Origin: Macrostomum lignano
Taxonomy: Eukaryota
Direction of reading: 5' to 3'
DNA length: 30,969 nt
Assembly (NCBI GenBank): GCA_002269645.1
Contig: NIVC01004933.1
Span: forward strand, 1 to 30,969
Every line of letters begins with the position of its first letter. Positions within the stretch are counted from its first letter, which is position 1. Made by a program: the position numbers and the translations under genes. This document shows, in pieces, positions 22,166 to 30,969 of this stretch. Below the pieces are notes generated by a model. That model did no database searches. It worked only from the letters and a program-made list of their open reading frames with translations, and was not told the origin of the DNA.

Positions 22166-23053
22166 CAGCAGCGGGCGGCCGTCCAGGTCGCACCTGGCGA
22201 TCACGCAGCCTTTCTTCGCCCCGGCGCCGTCCTGGCCAGGCCTGGTCACGCAAGCGCTGATGTAGAGGCGGTCGCCGCGCACCTTCAAGTCGGCGATGGT
22301 CCCTAGCCGAGCCCCGTTGCGCAGCGGCCCGATCTCGATGACGCGGCAGTCGCGGGTGGAGCGGATCGGGGTGCCGATGGCGGCAGACGACTGCTGCTGC
22401 GACACCTGCAGCTGCAGCCGCAAGATGCTGGGCGAATCGGCGAATGCCAGGAAGACGAAGCCGCCAACGGCCGAGACGGCCACGTGGGCGAGATCTCGCT
22501 CGGCCAACTCGCGCAGCCGGGGGTCCTCCGGCTCCGCAGCCTCCGACTGGTCGATCGGAGCATCCTGGGAGCAGCAGAGGCTCGCCAAGTCGAGCAGCTT
22601 GACAAGGCGGGGACCGCAGCCGATGGAGACACTGGGAGCTGGGTCTGGCTCACCGCCATCGTTCTCCGGGTGCGATTCCAGCAGGGGCCGCCGGTCCTGC
22701 CGGTGCTGCTGCTGCTGGGCGGAGTCCCCGTTGACCGGGATGTAGGCGCTCATGATGTCGCTCAGCCGTTTCAAACTCTGCCGACCGCGGGTCCGGCGAT
22801 GCCGCACTGCCGCTACGGCTACTTCCTCTCCGTCGCCGCCGTCCGCCTCTGCAGGTGCAGCACCTGACGCGGATGTGGCGGCGGTATTTCCGCCTAGCCT
22901 GATCGTCTGCTGCTCAACAGGTGACAGCAGCTCCGTGTTATTGGCACCGGCCGGATTAGAGGCCTCAGCTTCTGCTGGGCTATCCATCGGCTGCCGGTGC
23001 TGCTGCTGTTGAATGAGAAGTGGAGTCAGTTTCGGCTTCCCTTCGGACGGCAT
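22166..23053 (-). CDS. Putative NHL/TolB-like beta-propeller protein, coding exon 1 (disordered N-terminus plus first blades)
   Basis: 888-nt open frame from ATG 23053 (MPSEGKPK...) to the phase-0 donor CTG|gtgagc at 22166/22165, with GC-rich coding-like codon usage. Splicing to exons 2 and 3 gives a continuous 518-aa ORF with the junction CDLDGRPLL|VSKELPYPKFLGFDVDSGGELVV, which resembles an NHL repeat. The start site is uncertain (alternative ATG at 22987, or an upstream exon). Confidence 0.82.
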
Positions 23054-23225
23054 TTCTCTGCTTAATATTGGCCTTTGTTTTCTTTGTTTGAGAGTTATTA
23101 CTTTGTAGAACACGAGAGATCCGCCTGGGTTTATGGTTTTGGGCGTTTGGCCCTCGTTTTTATTCCTAAAAAATAAATGCGAGAGAACCCTATCTATCCT
23201 CGCGTCCTCACCACTCCCCCACCCC

Positions 23226-23779
23226 CAATTCCAATTTGGTTGGCCAGCCTGGGGGCGGGCCTCCCACCACCCCATTTCCATTCACACCCAATTATCTGTC
23301 TGACTGAACGCTCAACCCCCCACACCTTACCCCCTCACACCAACCCCTGAATGTAGGGCAATGTACATTGTCGTTTTTTTGATTGACTCTCTGGCCAGAC
23401 CAAGAGAAAAGCTCTTTTCCTTTGGACGAAAAAGTCCAAAAACCTTCCCATTTCATAAACCTTTCTTAACTTTGCGACGGGCTTGTGGAAGTCGCAAGGA
23501 TGAGCTTCCATCAAGCCCAGCCCCAACCAACCAATGAATCCGCCAATTTTTCCCCTTGGACTTCAAAGTAAAGGCCGAAACTTTTAAATTGAGGAGGAAG
23601 AAAAGAAGATTCGTTTTTTGTCAAGCGAAGAAGTGAAGCACGCGACGCCAATCAAGCGCTTTTTCAGTTGTTTATAAAAAGTAAAATAAATTAGAAGTAG
23701 CTTTTTACATTTTCCTTCGGAAGTTGAGACTTAAAGCTTCACCGTACATTATTTAGCTAGCTCCCGCCTCCCTATATAA
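23226..23779. promoter_or_regulatory. Possible promoter region upstream of the propeller gene (CCAAT boxes, GC box, TATA-like TATATAA at 23773-23779)
   Basis: CCAAT near 23226, 23528 and 23648; GGGGCGGG near 23251; TATATAA at 23773. Motif evidence only, with no TSS data. Confidence 0.2.
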
Positions 23780-24486
23780 GCTCAGTTCCCTAAAGCTGCT
23801 TTGTTAATATAAGATTTCATTAATTCCCCCAGAAAGCTATCTTTTTAAATCGAAGAGATCCTGAAGTCATGAAGTGTCTTACAAGTTTTTAACCAACACG
23901 ATAGACTCACTCGTAATCCATCATCATCATCTCGCGATTTATGCGTCTCAGAATTCGACCCCTAACTTTGTGCGCCGTAATCCCCATGAGACGGCCGTAA
24001 GAAGTCTCAAACTCGGCAGCTTAACACCAAATATTCTGAGCTGAGTGGTCTCCCTAGCCCCTACTACCATTGTCCGTGCTACAGCGATTACGCAATCATC
24101 CCGCAAAATCAGGTGGGCATTGCTCAGCAATGCAGGAAATTGAAAACCAAAGTTTAAGGCATGTTTTTTCTTCAGCCACTAACCTGGCATTTACCTGCGG
24201 GGCATTTCTGTTGATACCAGTCTCTTATTAGGAATCATTTATATTATGCTTAAAAGTATACTTCCGAATTCTTACGCGGCTTTATGCGCAATTCTCTATA
24301 TTGTGCCTTGGCTCCGTACACAAAACTAATTAATAAGTTTCTATGCAGTAGCGACTTGTCTCACTGTTACCGACACAAGCCAGCGGTGTTCCTGCCTTCA
24401 AAGGAACCCGATACTGTATAAATATGGTGCTGCAGGTGCTGGGGTGCCACGGTTTTCATGGGGCGGGCCGGCCAGTTCATTTGAAA

Positions 24487-25317
24487 GAGATGCCATTTTA
24501 TTTGAGGGAGATGCCATTTTTTGAGGGATATGCCATTTTATTTGAGGGAGATGCCATTTTATTTTAGGGAGATGCCATTTTATTTGAGGGAAATGCCATT
24601 TTATTTGAGGAGATGCCATTTTATTTGAGGGAGATGCCATTTTTTGAGGGATATGCCATTTTATTTGAGGGAGATGCCATTTTATTTTAGGGAGATGCCA
24701 TTTTATTTGAGGAGATGCCATTTTATTTGAGGAGATGCCATTTTATTTGAGGGAGATGCCATTTTTTGAGGGATATGCCATTTTATTTGAGGGAGATGCC
24801 ATTTTATTTTAGGGAGATGCCATTTTATTTGAGGAGATGCCATTTTATTTGAGGAGATGCCATTTTATTTTAGGGAGATGCCATTTTTTTCGGGAGATGC
24901 CATTTTATTTTAGGGAGATGCCATTTTATTTTTAGGGAGATGCCATTTTATTTGAGGGAGATGCCATTTTATTTGAGGGAGATGCCATTTTATTTGAGGG
25001 AGATGCCATTTTATTTGAGGGAGATGCCATTTTATTTGAGGGAGATGCCATTTTATTTGAGGGAGATGCCTTTTGTTTGAGGGAGATGCCATTTTATTTG
25101 AGGGAGATGCCATTTTATTTGAGGGAGATGCCATTTTATTTGAGGGAGATGCCATTTTATTTGAGGGAGATGCCTTTTGTTTGAGGGAGATGCCATTTTA
25201 TGACAGAAATGCCATTTTATGACGGAAATGCCATTTTATGACGGAAACACCATTTTATGACGGAAACACCATTTTATGACGGAAACACCATTTTATGACT
25301 GAAACGCCATTTTTTAT
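24487..25317 (+). repeat. ~21-bp minisatellite (GAGGGAGATGCCATTTTATTT), ~40 copies, grading at the right end into 19-bp GACGGAAACACCATTTTAT units
   Basis: Directly visible. Confidence 0.95.
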
Positions 25318-25624
25318 GACATAAACACAAAGCAAGTGCATGGTTTTTGGCTTACTAAATTCAAGGATTTGGTTTATACAGTTTTTGCGCTGAGTGAAGT
25401 TGCATTCATAATTGCTTTGTGAGTTGTAATTATTGTTATAATAAGCATTTGTACTTGTATAAAATATATAAGCTTGTAGCATTGTAAAACTATTACACTT
25501 ATTTTTATAGCCCTTTACAAAGCTTCAACCCTTCAGCTGTTGTCACAGCTACAGCGGCTAGAACTTTTGCCAAGTTGTTTTTTCCATTTCAAATTCTGTA
25601 CATTGCTATAAAAATGCGAAAAGT

Positions 25625-25717
25625 ATCTCATACTCTATAACCTTGTCGATCTCATACTCTATAACCTTGTCGATCTCATACTCTATAACCTTGTCGATCT
25701 CATACTCTATAACCTTG
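25625..25717 (+). repeat. 24-bp tandem repeat (ATCTCATACTCTATAACCTTGTCG) x3.9
   Basis: Exact copies start at 25625, 25649, 25673 and 25697. Confidence 0.95.
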
Positions 25718-25721
25718 GCTT

Positions 25722-28172
25722 GGCTTATGGGGGATTGCTGGGATTTCAAGGCTTACGGTGGGAATTGCTGAGATGTCGAGGCTTACAGCTGGGGGAATTG
25801 CTGGTATGTCAAGACTTACTGGGAGAATCGCTGAGATGTCGAGGCTTACAGCTGGGGGAATTGCTGGGATGTCAAGACTTACTGGGAGAATCGCTGAGAT
25901 GTCGAGGCTTACAGCTGGGGGAATTGCTGGTATGTCAAGACTTACTGGGAGAATCGCTGAGATGTCGAGGCTTACAGCTGGGGGAATTGCTGGGATGTCA
26001 AGACTTACTGGGAGAATCGCTGAGATGTCGAGGCTTACAGCTGGGGGAATTGCTGGGATGTCAAGACTTACTGGGAGAATCGCTGAGATGTCAAGGCTTA
26101 CAGCTGGGGGAATTGCTGAGACGTTGAGGCTAATAGGAGGAGTTGCTGGGCTGTCAAGGCTTATGGGGATCGAGAATTGCCTTGAGCTGGGTGAATTGCT
26201 GAGACTTCAAGGCTTTGGCTGGAAATTGCGAAGATGTCACGGCTTATTTTTCGAATATGTTCGAATTTCAGTAGAATAATTTGTTTTAAAAATTTACCAT
26301 TTTAGCATTTCATGATTAAAGCTTACAAAAAGGACCACCATGTGAAAAAAGCATCATGCTAAACATAAAAGAAGCATGATTTAAGATGTCAAGACTTACT
26401 GGAAGAACTGCTGAGACGTTGAGGCTTATGAGGGGAATTGCTGAGATGTCAAGGCTTACTGGAGAACTGCTGAGACGTCGAGGCTTATGAGGGGAATTGC
26501 TGAGATGTCAAGACTTACTGGGAGAACTGCTGAGATGTCAAGACTTACTGGGAGAACTGCTGAGACGTCGAGGCTTATGGGGGGGGGGAATTTCTGAGAT
26601 GTCAAGGCTTATGGGGGGGGAATTGCTGAGATGTCAAGGCTTATGGGGGGAATTGCTGAGATGTCAAGGCTTATGGGGGGGAATTGCTGAGATGTCAAGA
26701 CTTACTGGGAGAACTGCTGAGATGTCAAGACTTACTGGGAGAACTGCTGAGATGTCAAGACTTACTGGGAGAACTGCTGAGACGTCGAGGCTTATGAGGG
26801 GAATTGCTGAGATGTCAAGGCTTATGGGGGGAATTGCTGAGATGTCAAGGCTTATGGGGGGGAATTGCTGAGATGTCAAGGCTTATGGGGGAAATTGCTG
26901 AGATGTCAAGGCTTATGGGGGGGAATTGCTGAGATGTCAAGGCTTATGGGGGGGGAATTGCTGAGATGTCAAGGCTTATGCGGGGGAATTGCTGAGATGT
27001 CAAGGCTTATGCGGGGGAATTGCTGAGATGTCAAGGCTTATGAGGGGAATTGCTGAGATGTCAAGGCTTATGGGGGGGGGAATTGCTGAGATGTCAAGGC
27101 TTATGGGGGGAATTGCTGAGATGTCAAGGCTTATGCGGGGGAATTGCTGAGATGTCAAGGCTTATGCGGGGGAATTGCTGAGAGATGTCAAGGCTTATGC
27201 GGGGGAATTGCTGAGATGTCAAGGCTTATGGGGGGATTGCTCAGACTCCAAGGCTTAGTGGGAAAATTTCTATGATGTCATGGCTTATTGGAGGAATTGC
27301 TGAGATGTCAAGACTTACTGGGAGAACTGCTGAGACGTCGAGGCTTATGAGGGGAATTGCTGAGATGTCAAGACTTACTGGGAGAACTGCTGAGACGTCG
27401 AGGCTTATGAGGGGAATTGCTGAGATGTCAAGACTTACTAGGAGAACTGCTGAGACGTCGAGGCTTATGAGGGGAATTGCTGAGATGTCAAGACTTACTG
27501 GGAGAACTGCTGAGATGTCAAGACTTACTGGGAGAATTGCTGAGATGTCAAGGCTTATGGGGGGGAATTGCTGAGATGTCAAGGCTTATGGGGGGGGGAA
27601 TTGCTGAGATGTCAAGGCTTATGGGGGGGAATTGCTGAGATGTCAAGGCTTATGGGGGGGGAATTGCTGAGATGTCAAGGCTTATGGGGGGGGAATTGCT
27701 GAGATGTCAAGGCTTATGCGGGGGAATTGCTGAGATGTCAAGGCTTATGTGGGGGAATTGCTGAGATGTCGAGGCTTATGCCGGGAATTGCTGAGATGTC
27801 AAGGCTTATGAGGGGAATTGCTGAGATGTCAAGGCTTATGGGGGGGAATTGCTGAGATGTCAAGGCTTATGGGGGGGAATTGCTGAGATGTCAAGGCTTA
27901 TGCGGGGGAATTGCTGAGATGTCAAGGCTTATGGGGGGATTGCTCAGACTCCAAGGCTTAGTGGGAAAATTTCTATGATGTCATGGCTTATTGGAGGAAT
28001 TGCTGAGACGTCGAGGCTTACGTGGAATTGCTTGGATGTCAAGGCTTATTGGGGAATTGCTGGGATGTCAAGGCTTATGGGGAATTGCTGGGATGTCAAG
28101 GCTTACTGGGAGAGGTGCTAAGATGTCAAGGCTTGCAGCTGGGGGAATTGCTGAGATGTCAAGGCTTACTGG
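25722..28172 (+). repeat. Complex ~30-bp minisatellite (GGGAATTGCTGAGATGTCAAGGCTTATGGG) with higher-order structure and an AT-rich interruption at ~26250-26384
   Basis: Tandem units are visible, with 63-bp dimers in the left block and an identical 75-bp diverged block at 27231-27305 and 27934-28008. Confidence 0.95.
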
Positions 28173-29853
28173 AAGCATGGGTCCATTCTTTATTATTTTC
28201 AGCCATATTTTCATTTTCATTTTTGCGCTCCCCAAACGGGCTGGATTGCTATAGTACTCTCTAACCTTGTCGATCCCATGAGGAAGAAGAAGAATGTACC
28301 TAGAGATTCCATAACATCCCTTAATTGCCAAATGCATAATATCGTGTTGCCGTTCTGCAATATAATTTTTCCTCTTCGATAATTGAATATGTCAAAGGCA
28401 TTAGTAACATGCTTCTTGTGCTGCTGCAGGCACCTCAGCAAAATCTTTAAACCCCACCCACCCCAAATGCACCCACCCATTGCCCCGTCAGTCTCACTTC
28501 ATACAGATCGTCAATCAAGCTTTGCTGTCATAAACATCTTGCAATCTTAGGTGCAAATTCGTTTAATCAATAACTAATGAGCTGTGTGGATGCAACTGTA
28601 ACTTGAGTGTGCTCTTGACTAAGGAAGCTACTTACTTACTCAGTCATGGGTCTGTGAGTAAGCATACGCTCGTACATGCGCCGCAAGCATCTGCACAGCT
28701 CAATATATATATAAGAATTCTCATATCTTCACAGAATTCTGGGAAACTGCAGTGCGTCTATAAATGGGGAATAAATACCATATATTTAATCATTTTTGCC
28801 GCATCTATATGATATTCGTAGTTGGGAGAACGAAGAAGCCCCTTTACTCGCATGAAAGTGGCAGTTCTTCAGTTACGCAATCGGAAAAAAGGAAATTGTT
28901 ATAATATTGCTGCCGCCATTCTCTGCCTGAGACAGCTATGTGTGGCGCTAGAGGAGGGCTTCCGGCCAAAGTAGTAATTTCTTCTGTGTCAGGCTATCCT
29001 TTCTGGCTGACAGTTTCGCTAAACCGCAGAATTCAATCAATTCCTATCAGTATGGAATGAGCTGTATGCTATCTCTCTGTCTCTCTGTGGCTACATACCT
29101 TCTTTATAGTCTTCTTTGGGATCTTTCAATTTCTTTATAGCTGCTCAAATTTGAGATGCCGTCGAAGATCAAGCGGATTTCGCTTGACTTTATGAGCTGC
29201 TGCTATAGCTGTTTAGATCTGCAAGGCATGCAGGGAGGAGGGGATTATGTAACACAATATTAGATATTAAGGGAAGCCTAGCTCTTGCTCGATTCGAGAT
29301 TGAAAAGCCATCAATCTCGTCAAACTCCGAGGAGGAAGCCCCGCACTGTGTCCGATCGGGACGGGGAGGAGAGCTAATTCATGTAGGGGCGACTCCGGTC
29401 TCCGATTAGATTTGCAGAGATCGAGAGGTCACCAAGCATGAATGTCTTCGAGGATTTAATTTTACAAGATTATTTACAAAATCCAGCCCTGCATGGGCGC
29501 TGAAGTGAACCTTAAAGTGACGCTTTGGAAAGGGGCCGGACTTTACTTTAAAAGTGTCCATCAGTGGCCGAGGCGCGATTATACACATGCACACGTAATA
29601 GGTCCATAGGATGTAGCAACTTTCGAAGCCCGAGCAGGAAAGTATGGACTAACCATGAGCTATTTTTTGTGCTCAACCAGAAGGAATTGCTGAGCTAGAC
29701 TACCACTGTACATGCATTGTATACGAATGTACGTGTTGTACATGTAAGTATAGTATATGTACATGTACACTGTATATATTAATTTACAGCTCCTTTCAGA
29801 CGAAAATGCAATTTTGTTTCATGGCATTTAATTTTTGTTTTCAAGGTGCTAGC

Positions 29854-29896
29854 CAGAGATACTATAATAACTTATTATAGTATTATAGTATCTGTG
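29854..29896. mobile_element. 43-bp TIR-only hAT-like transposon remnant
   Basis: 16-bp TIRs CAGAGATACTATAATA (29854-29869) and TATTATAGTATCTGTG (29881-29896) match at 15/16. They are flanked by a perfect 8-bp direct repeat GTGCTAGC (29846-29853 and 29897-29904). Confidence 0.75.
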
Positions 29897-30969
29897 GTGC
29901 TAGCTATACTAGCTGCCTCGACTCAGCGATAAGCGTTTATTTGGAATTTAATCAATACAATATGTAATGCTTAAAAATGTTACATGTGCGGGCTCTGGAA
30001 AAGTAAATTTTTACGTATATGACTGTAGATATCATAAAATTTAGGGAATAGAATTTTCTGTCTGTTAGCACTTCTTCAAAGACAAAGACCAACAATCAAT
30101 TACAATATATCTCGGTGTCGACACGAAATAAAACGCTATTGAACGTGCTCTGGGTAAGACAAAAAACCTGGATTCATAAAAAGTAAAAGAATCATTTGAA
30201 TTTGAAAGTAAAATTAAAGTAAAACTTGAGATTTAAATAAATGTATTTGTTTTCTTAAGAAAATTTTTAAATCGTGGGAAATGTTCCCATGAATTCAGTC
30301 ATTCATTTATGTCTGTCAGTCAGTCGTCAGTCAGTCAGACAGTCACTACCAGAGAAAAGTATTTAGAAATATATTCACGAACCCGAACACTTTCTGAAAC
30401 TAAACACTATTCTAAATCCCACCCTAACACCAGACTCCAGACCAGATAGATAGATAGGACCTAACCTAACTTAAAAAAGCACAATTGACAATTGCCTAGC
30501 CTAGGCCAACGCCCTACTAAGACCTAGTCAGAACCAGAAGCCAATAGTGCTTTTACTGAGATGTCTCAACTTGCATTGGCTAGGTGGCAGGCGCATGTGT
30601 TCCCTTTCAGTTGTTTAATTTAAATGTACTTGTTTGGCTAGGCTTAATGCACTTAGTATTCATAAGGCCAATGTATTATATTGCGCGCATGACCAAGATT
30701 GCACAAATATAGATGGCCACAGCTCTAGATAATAATAAGCCTAGGTCTATATATTCACTCATTTCTTATTGGTAGTAATTAGTGAGATAGATGCCTTAGT
30801 AGGCTTGAATTGCTTGAGTTTAGTTGGGATAGGAGTTGAGCTGCCAGAACTTGATCTTGATTTGAAAAAATTAAAGTATTGATTTTATTGATCATATTAT
30901 TGTTTAGCAATAAGAAGGCATATATTCATATAAGACAGAATGGTATCTGATGCCAGTGATAGCTATAAA

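Noticed and set aside
25720-27582. LRR-looking ORFs (LRCQDLLGEL...) and their antisense
   Set aside because: Minisatellite translations with frequent poly-G length frameshifts and no true LxxLxLxxN spacing.
10425-28172. Regular repeats as possible CRISPR arrays
   Set aside because: The units are contiguous with no unique spacers, no cas genes are present, and the context is eukaryotic.
29406-29594. ORF segment LDFVNNLVKLNPRR resembling kinase subdomain XI
   Set aside because: No other kinase motifs or exon structure nearby.

Overview
This window is repeat-rich eukaryotic (metazoan) genomic DNA with spliceosomal GT-AG introns. The GC/CAG-rich exons and dense minisatellites resemble flatworm (Macrostomum-like) genomes, but that is an unverified impression. 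Two minus-strand spliced genes can be supported. The first is the 5' part of a NAD(P)HX epimerase (NAXE/AIBP, YjeF_N family) homologue, with exons at 2706-2441 and 1745-1530. It has a 1-nt frameshift, an unusual NNGGD-to-NNGGF change and a long non-mitochondrial N-terminal extension; its 3' exons were not recognised. The second is a complete 3-exon, ~518-aa gene (23053-22166, 13141-12833, 10396-10037) with a disordered N-terminus and a probable six-bladed NHL/TolB-like beta-propeller. Its second intron is ~98% a near-perfect (GATCCCAGATCCTA)n satellite. Mobile DNA comprises an intact 427-bp hAT-type MITE (15-bp TIRs, 8-bp TSD), a 43-bp TIR-only hAT-like remnant with an 8-bp TSD, and a decayed non-LTR retrotransposon 3' end. 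About a third of the window is tandem repeat, and nearly all long ORFs in the supplied track are artefacts of those repeats. I found no rRNA, tRNA or CRISPR array, and I cannot support a novel multi-gene system. The best leads are the divergent NAXE-like gene, the orphan propeller with its satellite intron, the two hAT-type elements and a possible cryptic plus-strand transcript at 8-9.4 kb.
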